A stretch of 47,965 nt of DNA from Candidatus Fermentithermobacillaceae bacterium DTU015 (GCA_001513185.1 LFST01000033.1:1-47965); one strand, 5' to 3'. Shown: positions 1 to 9,177, counted from the stretch's first letter. Program-made: numbers and translations. The notes: generated by a model not told the origin, from the letters alone.

Positions 1-355
1 GGGGCGGCCGGTCCGGAGGGAATGCTATCGCCGCCGGGACCGTCGCCGGGCGCATCAAGTCCGCCCTCCGGGGGCAGCATATCGCCGGGCTCCTTGTTGC
101 CTGGAGCAGGCAGCGTTAACCCGGCGTTCCGTCGTCTCCCTGTTGTGGCGAAGCCGCTTCCGGCGGGTCGCCTTCACCTTCAAGCAAATCGTCCGGAGCC
201 AAAGTGGTAATCTCACTTGGGTTCAAGGGTGTTATCTTCGGCCGGGCGAATGCTGTAGCCGGTACTACCTGCACCAGCATCACCATCGCCAAGACGGCGG
301 CGATCAGACGGAATCCTATCCTTGTCGGCCAAAGAGGTGTTCGTGGATCAAGCAT
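1..355 (-). pseudogene. Secreted Pro/Gly/Asp-rich protein N-terminus, apparently frameshifted near 116-123 and running off the left edge
   Basis: GGGGAGG RBS before ATG 355; Sec signal peptide (RLIAAVLAMVMLVQVVPATAFA|R); TAA at 116-118, but a shifted frame continues open with similar composition (LTLPAPGNKEPGDMLPPEGGLDAPGDGPGGDSIPSGPAA) to position 1. Confidence 0.55.
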
Positions 356-522
356 TGTGGTTACCTCCCCTCGGTACTCGAAGCCAGAAATCCACTATTG
401 CTGAGCGTACGGTGACCGGAAACAAGCAGGAAACAGAGAAAGGAGAGCAGCGTCCGTCTATCGGAGGTAGTGCTTATTTCATACTTGGGTGGCGAACCAC
501 TACCCGTCTATTCTCCTACCAG

Positions 523-551
523 TATTTTGGTGTCTCGCGGGGTTCTGGTCA
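523..551 (-). promoter_or_regulatory. Possible sigma-A promoter for the secreted-protein gene
   Basis: Minus strand TTGACC-N17-CAAAAT preceded by an A/T tract (TTTTTTGCAAAAAA). Confidence 0.35.
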
Positions 552-686
552 ACTCTTTTTTGCAAAAAAATCCCTCCGGTGACCGGTGTATAGCGTCTGC
601 TTAACTCCCCGCGACGGCAAGTTGGCAAACTCTTGTTTGCTGCGCCTCCTGCCCACTTTTCCACGAGGAAGACCGCCAAGCAAAGT

Positions 687-818
687 GCCGGAAACACTGA
701 TTTAGATTACGCTCAAATCTCTGATGAAGAGGTTGAACAAGCTCGAGAGGATATGGTTCAGACCAAAGGCTTCTTTATGCGGCCTAGTGAGCTTTTCGAG
801 AACGTGCTGAAGAGAGCA
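687..818 (+). pseudogene. hsdM: Internal fragment of type I restriction-modification M subunit (HsdM N-terminal domain)
   Basis: AGNTDLDYAQISDEEVEQAREDMVQTKGFFMRPSELFENVLKRA resembles the HsdM_N segment (DFDYAxLSDEEAExARED..TKGFFILPSELFxNV); no start context, no methyltransferase motifs; recognised from memory, not searched. Confidence 0.7.
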
Positions 819-863
819 GGGCAACTAGTGTGCGGAGACACACATTCATAGCAGGCAATAAAG

Positions 864-940
864 TGGTCGGGGAGACAGGATTTGAACCTGCGGCCTCATG
901 GTCCCAAACCATGCGCGCTACCAAACTGCGCCACTCCCCG
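864..940 (-). tRNA. tRNA-Pro (TGG)
   Basis: CGGGGAG/CTCCCCG acceptor stem, anticodon arm CATGG-TT TGG GA-CCATG, GGTTCAAATCC T-arm, encoded CCA; 77 nt. Confidence 0.98.
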
Positions 941-1031
941 ACGCATGGGTCAATCGATGTTCTTCATTACGCCCTTCGTTAAAGGCTCTGCGTGGTGAGA
1001 TTCTTCTCAAAAACCCATTAGGGCTAGAGAT

Positions 1032-1060
1032 ATTATATGATTTTTGCAGTGCTGAAGCAA
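1032..1060 (-). promoter_or_regulatory. Sigma-A promoter of tRNA-Pro
   Basis: TTGCTT-N17-TATAAT on the minus strand about 90 nt upstream of the tRNA. Confidence 0.7.
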
Positions 1061-1324
1061 ATGGATAGGACTCTCCGCTCTCGAATCCTAAATAGACATC
1101 CAGACTTCCCATTCGTCATTTTGCTTCAAACCAACTTCGGCTAGGGATGGTGCAGTCTGTGTACCACGTACCCCAATCTGGCTAGATCCCCCGCCGCACG
1201 TCGCCGAAACGGTGCACCAGACGCACCATCCCGAACCGTTCCCCAACAAAGGCCTCCCTAATGGTACAGGTGCAACAGATGCCCCAAGGGAAATTGCCGG
1301 CGGGGAGCTTGCCACGAATACCGG

Positions 1325-1798
1325 TTATAGGAATATGAGATCCGCCCTAGGAGGCCGTTGCGAAAGGTCTATTATCGCGATAGAAGGCTGATAACCCTGC
1401 CTTGGGCTATGGACGCTCCCTGGGTTTACGAAAAGGATGCCATCTTCGCAAGACACCTGCGGAGTATGGGTATGCCCGAACACCGCTACTTGTACATCCA
1501 ACTCCTTAGCTCTTTCCACCAGCGCCTTAAGGTCCCGCTTGACGCTATAAAGATGCCCGTGGGTCAGATATATCCTGTAGCCGTTCAGTACAAACAGCTC
1601 TTCAAAGGGTCCACGCACCATATAATCGCAGTTGCCTGCAACCGCGGTAACCTTGCACTCCACCGCGGAATCCACAAGTTTGGCATCCTCGTAGAAATCC
1701 CCTGCATGGAGGATATGGTCCACTCCGTCCAAGTAGTGCAAGGCCTCAAGTATGCGTTTCCTATTCCCATGGGAATCGGAAATCACACCGACTAGCAA
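1325..1798 (-). CDS. Metallophosphoesterase, YfcE/YsnB (MJ0936) family
   Basis: SDSHG, HAGD, GNCD, THGH, GHTH, NPGS motifs; conserved position after rph-rdgB. Confidence 0.92.
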   Translation of the reverse strand: MLVGVISDSHGNRKRILEALHYLDGVDHILHAGDFYEDAKLVDSAVECKVTAVAGNCDYMVRGPFEELFVLNGYRIYLTHGHLYSVKRDLKALVERAKELDVQVAVFGHTHTPQVSCEDGILFVNPGSVHSPRQGYQPSIAIIDLSQRPPRADLIFL

Positions 1799-1988
1799 GG
1801 ATCAACCCTCTTCCTTCCAAATCCTTTTAACACCCCGGCCTAATATCCTGGCCGGAGTGGGACAACTAGCAATGAAGAAGCCGTGTTGGAAGACCAACCA
1901 AGTTCCAACACAGACGTTGCATGAGGTGACTAGAACACCTGCGAATGCAAACACATAAGCACCACAACACAGGCTCCAGGAGACGCCG

Positions 1989-2618
1989 TCACAACAAGAC
2001 ACACCGTATCGCCGGGATAAGCCTCTGGATAGCCCGCCTTCTGTGGCTGATGGCATCTTTCTCTGAATCAGATGCTTCTCCAAAGGTCTTCCCCAGTTCC
2101 ACCGCATAAAACAAAGGATCATATCCGAATCCGTTGGTTCCCCTAAGTTCCGTATGGACGATCCCTTCTACGCTCCCGGTAGATTCGGCAATCACGCCGC
2201 TTGAGTCAGCCAAGGCAATAGCACACTTGTATCTGCACGTACGCTCGTCCCAAGGAACCCCGTCCAGCAGTTCAAGCAGCAACTTGTTGTTGTCCTCATC
2301 GGTTCCGCTCTGAGAAAAACGGTGCGAATTCACCCCAGGGCCTCCATCAAGTTTGTCTACTTCAAGCCCGGAGTCTTCACCAAGGCATATGTATCCTGAA
2401 TATTCGGTGCCAGCCAAATACTTTGCACCCTCAAGCGCCTTGACCCTGGCATTTTCAGCAAAAGTGCTGCCTGTTTCCTCAATTTCGGGAAGTTCCAGGT
2501 CGATGGCACTCAAAAACCGCCACTGCACCTCTGGGACATACTCGGAAAAAATACGCTTGAACTCTCTGACCTTACCCCGATTGCGCGTTACCACAACGAT
2601 TGTCCTCTTGTCAGCCAT
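1989..2618 (-). CDS. rdgB: XTP/dITP diphosphatase (Ham1/RdgB family)
   Basis: TRNRGK, EETGSTFAENA, EDSGL, GFGYDPLF, SHRRRA motifs; start uncertain (2618-2636). Confidence 0.95.
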   Translation of the reverse strand: MADKRTIVVVTRNRGKVREFKRIFSEYVPEVQWRFLSAIDLELPEIEETGSTFAENARVKALEGAKYLAGTEYSGYICLGEDSGLEVDKLDGGPGVNSHRFSQSGTDEDNNKLLLELLDGVPWDERTCRYKCAIALADSSGVIAESTGSVEGIVHTELRGTNGFGYDPLFYAVELGKTFGEASDSEKDAISHRRRAIQRLIPAIRCVLL

Positions 2619-2890
2619 TTCTACCACCATTCTCAATACAAACCTGCTGTATATACACCTACTTCACGACCATGCTGCCCTCCTTAGCGGATACAGATCA
2701 CCTTGTAGGAACTAGAGTTCTAGTCGGCAACACCCGCCTCGTTCACTACGGCTACGAGGGCCCACAGGTGGCCGACTCCTACGCTAAAAGAGCACACGGC
2801 GCCAAATCACAGCCCCGGTCAAATCCCATTTTCCAGGCCCCTATTCCGCTGCCTCTACTCGGTCGCCTCTACTTCGGTATCACGCTGCCT

Positions 2891-3652
2891 CTATTCCCCA
2901 CTTGCGGGCTGGTTCACAAGACCGATCAAGCCGGCAGCAGGCCCTAACGCTTCCTTCTGGATCTTTACTAAGTTCTCGATGCCCTGTTTGGCAAGGGCCA
3001 ACAGTTGTTCCAAGACCGTAGCAGAAAACGGCGCCTGCTCTGCGGTCCCCTGAATCTCGATAAACTCCCCGCTGCCGGTCAACACAATGTTCATATCCAC
3101 CTCAGCGGCTGAGTCTTCGGCATAGCAAAGGTCCAGCATCGGGACTCCTTGATATACACCGACGCTCACTGCGGCAACATAGTCACGTACGGGGAATTTG
3201 GCCCACTGTTCAGTCTCGTTGAGTTTGGCCAAGGCAAGCGCCAGCGCAACGAAGCCGCCTGTTACCGCTGCTGTCCTGGTCCCACCGTCTGCCTGTATGA
3301 CATCACAGTCGATCCAAACGGTCCTTTCGCCCAGCGCCTCAAGGTCAACCGCTGCCCGCAAGCACCTGCCGATTAGCCGCTGGATCTCCATGGTCCTGCC
3401 TCCCGGCCTGCCACGGGACACTTCCCGGGAAGTCCTGTCCTGTGTGGCACCGGGCAGCATCGAATATTCCGCTGTAACCCAGCCTGAAGACGTACCTTTC
3501 AGAAACGGCGGGACCTTATCCTCGACCATGGCGGTACAGATAACTTTCGTATCGCCCGCTTCAATAAGACAAGACCCCTGAGGATACTTGAGATATCCCG
3601 GGGTAATGATAACCGGCCTTAGTTCGTCTGGTTTCCGGCCGTCGATTCTCAT
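2891..3652 (-). CDS. rph: Ribonuclease PH
   Basis: [40 protein letters not shown]; GAGGTG RBS before ATG 3652. Confidence 0.97.
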   Translation of the reverse strand: MRIDGRKPDELRPVIITPGYLKYPQGSCLIEAGDTKVICTAMVEDKVPPFLKGTSSGWVTAEYSMLPGATQDRTSREVSRGRPGGRTMEIQRLIGRCLRAAVDLEALGERTVWIDCDVIQADGGTRTAAVTGGFVALALALAKLNETEQWAKFPVRDYVAAVSVGVYQGVPMLDLCYAEDSAAEVDMNIVLTGSGEFIEIQGTAEQAPFSATVLEQLLALAKQGIENLVKIQKEALGPAAGLIGLVNQPASGE

Positions 3653-3900
3653 TTTACGCACCTCTTTGCCCTGCTTTAACTGGTTCTCAGCTATGCTACC
3701 CAAGCTACTCAATTATAATATACAGTTCATCTGCCCGTTGCCAGACCACTCCGGCATCCCTGAGGGGCTTAGCCTGCGCCTATAACATGCCGCCTAAACT
3801 CGCACCTGTAAAGCTATAGCAGGCCGCATGGTGAGGCCACATGCTAGCGCAAGTCACGTGAGTGAGGCGATAAGCGGTACTGACCAGGTCATCTCTCCGA

Positions 3901-4413
3901 TCACTTCAGGAAAGGTGTCACCCCGCCACGGACCGCTCTGGTCTCTAACACGGTCATGAAAGAGTCTGGGGCAAATTCTTCTATTATTGCAGCAAGCCTA
4001 GGTAAACTCTTGCGATCCGTCGACACCAAGAGTACCTGCTTGGGCCCTTTCAACCCATGACCTGTAAGCACTGTGACGCCATATCCGGCTGTCCTTACCG
4101 CCCTGAGCAGCTCTTCGGCATTTTCTTCAGGCGGAATTACTTCCAAAGTTACATGGCCTAATGCCAGCCGCTCCTCCACCCAGCTTCCAAGCAGTGTCCC
4201 TGAAGCAAAACCCAACCCGTATGCCAGCACTTTCAAAGGATCGTCTATGTTGCGCATCACTCTGCCGAGAGCCGTGATATAGATACTGGCTTCCACCAAG
4301 CCGATAGCCGCGGCAGGATACCGTTTTCCTCTTACTACTAATATCATCCTCACTGTTGAAAGGGTAACGTCACATACCCGTGCAAAGAAAATAAGCAGGT
4401 ACTCAAGTAGCAC
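3901..4413 (-). CDS. UPF0316/DUF2179-type membrane protein
   Basis: IFFARVCDVTLSTVR N-terminus, three TM segments, GYGVT and VRGG C-terminal motifs. Confidence 0.85.
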   Translation of the reverse strand: MLLEYLLIFFARVCDVTLSTVRMILVVRGKRYPAAAIGLVEASIYITALGRVMRNIDDPLKVLAYGLGFASGTLLGSWVEERLALGHVTLEVIPPEENAEELLRAVRTAGYGVTVLTGHGLKGPKQVLLVSTDRKSLPRLAAIIEEFAPDSFMTVLETRAVRGGVTPFLK

Positions 4414-4428
4414 CGGATTTCACCTCTA

Positions 4429-4560
4429 TCTGATTGCACTTCTGACTAGTAGCTCCTATGTCTGACTGCACCTGTGCCTGATTGCTTGCACCAGTCTGAC
4501 TTGCGCATCTGTCCGATTGTCTCGCATATCTGGCTTTCCGACTCTTTTCCGCCTCTGAAT
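4429..4560. repeat. Degenerate array of eight YCYGAHT heptamers in the MarR-UPF0316 spacer
   Basis: Copies start at 4429, 4441, 4461, 4477, 4495, 4512, 4537 and 4554. Confidence 0.5.
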
Positions 4561-4589
4561 CGTCCGGTATCCATGCCTGGTCAAATTGG

Positions 4590-5039
4590 CTAGACTTTGC
4601 CGGCAACCATCAGGGCATCAAGTTTTTCCAAAGCTTGAGCCAACTGGTCAATTTCCTCTTGTGTAAGTTGCTTCAAGATGGAGTCTACATAGCGCCTGCG
4701 GGCATTGATAACCTGATCGATAATGTTCTGGCCTTTTTCAGTTATAGACAACCTTATTACCCTTCTATCATCAGGATCCCGGTTGCGCTCCAAGTAACCA
4801 TTTTTCTCCATCCGGTCTATCAAGTCAGTCGCTGTTGAACATGCCAAATAGAGCCTTTCGCACAGTTCGCCCATGGTAATCCCGGGCCTGTCCTTTAACA
4901 CCACCAAAGCAAGAAACTGGGGCGTGGTTATGTCAAAGTCGCTGAGGATATCCCGTCCACGTTTTTTGATGATAAACGCCACGTGTCTCAAGAGACGCTC
5001 GATGCGGACCACAGAATCAGAGAACTCCTCCTTGGACAC
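4590..5039 (-). CDS. MarR-family transcriptional regulator
   Basis: ITTPQF...DRMEKNGYLER..DPDDRRVIRLSITEKG wHTH; AAGGAGG RBS before GTG 5039. Confidence 0.93.
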   Translation of the reverse strand: MSKEEFSDSVVRIERLLRHVAFIIKKRGRDILSDFDITTPQFLALVVLKDRPGITMGELCERLYLACSTATDLIDRMEKNGYLERNRDPDDRRVIRLSITEKGQNIIDQVINARRRYVDSILKQLTQEEIDQLAQALEKLDALMVAGKV

Positions 5040-5091
5040 AGAGGTCACCTCCTTCTGCCAGGCACTATGAGATGTTTTCAACTTCAAAGTA

Positions 5092-5120
5092 AGTCTAAAA
5101 TCCCAAAGTCAATCCGTCAA
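5092..5120 (-). promoter_or_regulatory. Sigma-A promoter of the MarR gene
   Basis: TTGACG-N17-TAGACT. Confidence 0.6.
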
Positions 5121-5240
5121 GAAATCAGTCAAACTGCACGCCTAGGGGAAACCGTCGCTGAACTGGACAAACAAGAACTGGGGTGTTTGCACTGATAGGC
5201 GCCCAGAGCGGAAATCGAGCAAGCGGTGGATGTGAAAGCT

Positions 5241-5589
5241 TGGTGGAGGCGGAGGGAATTGCACCCTCGTCCGCAGACAATCGAGTTTCAGTCTCTACGA
5301 GCGTAGCTCCGGTATTGATCTCGCAAGGTAAGCCGCCCCGGAGCGGGCTTCTTGCCTTGCCAGCTCAGAATCAGATTCCCTGTAAGGTCCCGAGCAGCCC
5401 CTTACAGGTATCTTCCCTGATGACGGTAACTCAGGGATAGGGAAGAACTCTCCCTGGTACCGTGGCCGCTATCTTAGGCAGCCAGTGCGTAGTTTGTGTT
5501 GGCAGTTATTTGTTTGCCGCTTTTGTGGGTTGCGGCCCCCATGCTCGCTACTCAAACCCAACTGCCTACGTCGAACCTAATTCGCCCCC
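5241..5589 (-). ncRNA. ssrA: tmRNA; tag peptide (A)ANTNYALAA
   Basis: 5' GGGGGCG..GGTTCGAC; 3' GAGGGTGCAATTCCCTCCGCCTCCACCA; ATAACT followed by resume codon GCC at 5503 to TAA at 5474-5476. Confidence 0.97.
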
Positions 5590-5633
5590 ATATACAATAT
5601 TTCCGTGACATCTGCTGTGATGCTGCAGTGACA

Positions 5634-5662
5634 ATTCTACCATGTATCCAAGAACCTGACAA
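5634..5662 (-). promoter_or_regulatory. Sigma-A promoter of ssrA
   Basis: TTGTCA-N17-TAGAAT with extended TG. Confidence 0.65.
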
Positions 5663-5679
5663 CAATTACAAAATCCCTG

Positions 5680-6639
5680 CTAGCCCTCGCGGGCAGAACA
5701 TAGCATTTCTGCGGCAACCTCATCTGTCACCAGCATATCCAGGTACTTGCCTCTTAGAGCGGCCAGGATCGCCGCAGCTTTCGTTTTGCCTCCCGCTACG
5801 CCGATGACTGTCTTTGTCTCACGCAGCTGATCCAAGCTAACTGCAATCAGAAGATCCTTACCACCTTCCATGCTTTCACCCTGGCTGTCGATGAACCTGC
5901 CACACAGGTCTGCCGCAACTTGCTTACCTGTACGTTCCTCAGCAGCCCTGACCCTTGCCAAGAATGCGGGGTCTCTGCTCAAGACGGTGCCCCCGATCCC
6001 TACAAGCGCGATATCCAGGGAGTCCCAGCGGTTAACACAGTCGGCAACGAGCCTTTCGTTCAGCAATGCTTGCTTGACTTCTATGCAACTCACGTAATAC
6101 GGCACGTTGAGATACACGCATTTTGCACCAAACGCCTCGGCAGCCTGGCGGGCCATCTCATTGACCTGGAAGTAGGAATCAAACAAGCCTGCGCTACCTG
6201 CTAGGGGCACTATGTAAGAAGAAGGCAAAGGGACCTTGCCTGAGAGATAGTTCACCGTCTGGTAAACAGTAGTACCTCGACCGATCCCGATGGTGTCGCC
6301 GTCTTTGGCGTACGACTCAAGTAGCCGCGCCCCTGCCCTGCCGATCCTCTGCTTGACCACATGATCGTCCTGAGATCCTGACACTACAACTGCCTTTTTC
6401 AGGCCATACAACTGCTCGAGCCTGCGCTCTAGTTTCTCTAGCACAATCCGGGGGTCAACTATGGAAATCCGGACTATACCCTTCTCCTTTGCAGTTGACA
6501 GCATCCTTGAAATGGATACCCTTGACACGCCGATGATATCAGCGATTTCTTGTTGGGTCAGGCCCTGCTCGTAATACATCTCGCACACATGCAACAGTAA
6601 GTCTATATCATGATCCTCTTTACGTACGGCCAATAGCAC
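5680..6639 (-). CDS. SorC/DeoR-family sugar-binding transcriptional regulator
   Basis: YYEQGLTQQEIA..GVSRVSISRML HTH; GIGRGTT, VGIGG, VAGGKTKA, LVTDE sugar-binding domain. Confidence 0.95.
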   Translation of the reverse strand: MLLAVRKEDHDIDLLLHVCEMYYEQGLTQQEIADIIGVSRVSISRMLSTAKEKGIVRISIVDPRIVLEKLERRLEQLYGLKKAVVVSGSQDDHVVKQRIGRAGARLLESYAKDGDTIGIGRGTTVYQTVNYLSGKVPLPSSYIVPLAGSAGLFDSYFQVNEMARQAAEAFGAKCVYLNVPYYVSCIEVKQALLNERLVADCVNRWDSLDIALVGIGGTVLSRDPAFLARVRAAEERTGKQVAADLCGRFIDSQGESMEGGKDLLIAVSLDQLRETKTVIGVAGGKTKAAAILAALRGKYLDMLVTDEVAAEMLCSAREG

Positions 6640-6807
6640 TTCACCACCTGCTGCTTGCTGTATGGGAGACAGTTACCCCGCTACATAAAGATACACCTTA
6701 TCCAACTTGACCCGCTTGTCCACTTCCGACTGAAGCATGAGTACCACACCACTTTGCATGCTCAGTCTATCAGCCTTCGCAAAGTGGGTTGACACGATCC
6801 AGTACCT

Positions 6808-6836
6808 ATTTCGACCAAAAGTCTCCAGTTTCCTGC
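6808..6836 (-). promoter_or_regulatory. Possible sigH-type promoter of the SorC regulator
   Basis: GCAGGAAAC-N12-GTCGAAAT; same architecture as three other sites in the window but -10 is GAAA rather than GAAT. Confidence 0.4.
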
Positions 6837-6923
6837 CTCAAATAAAAGATTGTGCTCACAAAGACATAGTGTACATCGTTTAGAGCTGACGTCACACTGC
6901 GGATATTAGCTTGTCCACCGTAC

Positions 6924-7772
6924 TCAGCCAAGGATGTTGAAGTAGCCCAATCCGAAGCCGGCTACAAACAGTATGAGTATGATGCGGTTGGGTGACGCTC
7001 CTTTTCTTAAGAGGTTCCAGACAACCAAAACTGCAGCAAGCGGAAGCAGGTTTGGAACAAGTTTGTCGAAAACCGCCGTCTGAATATCAATCGTAACCCC
7101 GCCGATAAGCACCTGAGACACCAGCCTGAAATTCACATACCTAGCGGTCAAAGACCCGGCAGCCATCAGCCCGATGAAGTTCACTATCGAAGTTGCGGTC
7201 TGAAGCAAGCCGCTTTCGGTAAGTTGCTCAATAATCCGCCCGCCCTGCTCATATGCAACCATAAACCACCAGTAGCTCAGAGGAAGGGATATGCCATTGA
7301 CAAGTATTGTGTACACTAAGGGGCCTGCGACATTGCCTTCCAGTCCCATAGATATCCCCAAAGCCAGCAGGATGGGGATCAGCATCCCCTGAAAAATGGA
7401 GCTGCCAAGACCGTTGAGAGGCCCCATAAGAGAGGTCTTTACTTTGTTGATTGTATCGTCGGTAAGAGGCGCCCCGTTCGCCCTCTGCTCTTCCATAGAC
7501 GCCATGATCCCGGCGGCTATGGTTCCGGCTGTATAATCCGTGTCGAAGAATACCAGATGCCGCTTGAGCGCCGCAACGATATCCTCCTTCAAGACATACA
7601 GCCTCCGTATCACCGGGATCATGGCATGGCAAACACCTACAGCCGACATCCGCTCGTAGTTCATCATCCCGCCCAAGCAGGAGATCCAAATCGCCCAGAC
7701 TTTGAAGAGGTCAATCTTCGTAAGTCGCTTGGTCTTGTGCGTTGTCTCTGAGTGCGTCTGTAGTTCGGTCAT
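6924..7772 (-). CDS. PTS mannose/fructose/sorbose family IID subunit (second, divergent-pocket paralog)
   Basis: NYERM, ALKRHLVFF, MEEQRANG, LMGPL motifs; GGGGAGG RBS before ATG 7772. Confidence 0.93.
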   Translation of the reverse strand: MTELQTHSETTHKTKRLTKIDLFKVWAIWISCLGGMMNYERMSAVGVCHAMIPVIRRLYVLKEDIVAALKRHLVFFDTDYTAGTIAAGIMASMEEQRANGAPLTDDTINKVKTSLMGPLNGLGSSIFQGMLIPILLALGISMGLEGNVAGPLVYTILVNGISLPLSYWWFMVAYEQGGRIIEQLTESGLLQTATSIVNFIGLMAAGSLTARYVNFRLVSQVLIGGVTIDIQTAVFDKLVPNLLPLAAVLVVWNLLRKGASPNRIILILFVAGFGLGYFNILG

Positions 7773-8013
7773 CCGGTGTTCGAACCTCCCCTTTGTTGGA
7801 TGATGCACAATGCCGGCATCCACTTTGTGTTCTATCTATACTTCTGTTATCTCTGTTATCTCTGCTTGTGCGTCTGGTTGTGTATCTCCAGTGCTACATC
7901 TCTCGCGCCGTGCAGCTTCGCTCGAGCAATCTGATACCGGCTGTTTTGCTTGGCCTTTTGTCCTTCTGTTTGGCCCCTACTTGGCCCACAGCCAGCCGGG
8001 AGCTATTCCGAGC

Positions 8014-9177
8014 TTACTTGTAAGCCAGTTTCAGGATTTCCAGCACATCAGGTACTTCCAGGGTCTTTATGGCCCCGATAGGCGTCCTGGCTCCGCTCCG
8101 CTCCGCTATAACCTCCAATGCTTCCTCGGGAATGCCTACCTCGCTAAGCCTTACAGGCATACCCACACTCTTGAAGAACTCTTCGGTCCTCCTGATACCC
8201 TCAAGCGCGGTTGCACGCAGGTCGTTGAAATCAGGCTCCACGTCCCATACCCTCACTGCAAATTGTGCAAACCGCGGGATGTTGGCATCAAACACGTATT
8301 TCATCCACGCAGGAGTGACTATGGCCAAGGTGGCGCCATGGATTGTATCGTACAGGCCGGTGACCTCACCTGCAATTGCGTGGCAGCATCCATCACTGCC
8401 CCTGCCTACTCCCAAGATCCCGTTCTGGGCCATGGTGCTCGCCCACAGGATCTGGGCCCTGGCGTTGTAATCATCAGGCTTCTCAAGTACCTTGGGCAGA
8501 TACTTGATTATCGTCCTGAGGGTTGCCTCGCTTAGGCGATCGGTGAGATCTACGTCAACATCGCTGGTGAAATACTTCTCCATGATGTGGGACATGGCGT
8601 CCACGCCGCCTGCTGCCGTGTGGTACGCAGGCACGGTATACAGCAACTCAGGGTTAAGAATGGAGAACTTGGGCCTTATCAAGGGGCTTATGAATGCCCG
8701 CTTGAGATTGGTCTCCTCGTTGGTGATTACCGAGCAGTTGCTGGTTTCGCTGCCTGCAGCTGCTACCGTAAGGATTACGCCTACAGGAAGGGTTTCCTTG
8801 ACCTCCGCTTTTCTCAGGAAGAAGTCCCATACGTCCCCCTCGTAAGGCACTCCCATGCCGATGGCTTTGGCAGTGTCAATTACGCTGCCGCCGCCCACTG
8901 CCAGAATCAAGTCCACATTTTCCCTGCGGCACAATTCTATACCCTCTTTAACCAGGGAGAGCCGCGGGTTGGGGACCACTCCGCTGAGTTCCACAAATTC
9001 AATGCCTGCTTCTTTCAAGTAACCTACGACCTTGTCGTATAAGCCGATTTGCTTAATGACGTCGTAGTATACCAGCAGCACCTTATTGCCGTATTGCTTG
9101 ATTTCATCTACTACGAGCGCTTCTGTGTCCTTGCCGAAAATAATCTTGGTGTCACAATGGAATTCAAAGTTGCGCAT
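8014..9177 (-). CDS. Iron-containing alcohol/aldehyde dehydrogenase (Bdh/YqhD-like)
   Basis: GVVPNP, AVGGGSVIDTAK, AAAGSE; D..SH, H and HG metal ligands. Confidence 0.93.
   Translation of the reverse strand: MRNFEFHCDTKIIFGKDTEALVVDEIKQYGNKVLLVYYDVIKQIGLYDKVVGYLKEAGIEFVELSGVVPNPRLSLVKEGIELCRRENVDLILAVGGGSVIDTAKAIGMGVPYEGDVWDFFLRKAEVKETLPVGVILTVAAAGSETSNCSVITNEETNLKRAFISPLIRPKFSILNPELLYTVPAYHTAAGGVDAMSHIMEKYFTSDVDVDLTDRLSEATLRTIIKYLPKVLEKPDDYNARAQILWASTMAQNGILGVGRGSDGCCHAIAGEVTGLYDTIHGATLAIVTPAWMKYVFDANIPRFAQFAVRVWDVEPDFNDLRATALEGIRRTEEFFKSVGMPVRLSEVGIPEEALEVIAERSGARTPIGAIKTLEVPDVLEILKLAYK

Noticed and set aside
488-506. Small UUCG hairpin (GTGG-TTCG-CCAC) in the leader of the secreted-protein gene, reminiscent of LoaP-associated hairpins
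   Set aside because: Only a 4-bp core stem and no NusG paralog in the window; could be chance.
941-1025. Second tRNA in the tRNA-Pro leader
   Set aside because: No T-arm or cloverleaf; only a short ATGGGT/ACCCAT closing stem.
1088-1315. 75-aa minus-strand ORF between tRNA-Pro and the phosphoesterase
   Set aside because: No clear RBS or recognisable domain; likely spacer.
1802-2122. 106-aa Cys-rich minus-strand ORF
   Set aside because: Overlaps rdgB out of frame; the remainder is a hairpin-containing spacer.
4403-4606. 67-aa Ser/Gln-rich ORF over the heptamer array
   Set aside because: Overlaps both neighbours, has no RBS, and the repeat spacing does not keep frame.
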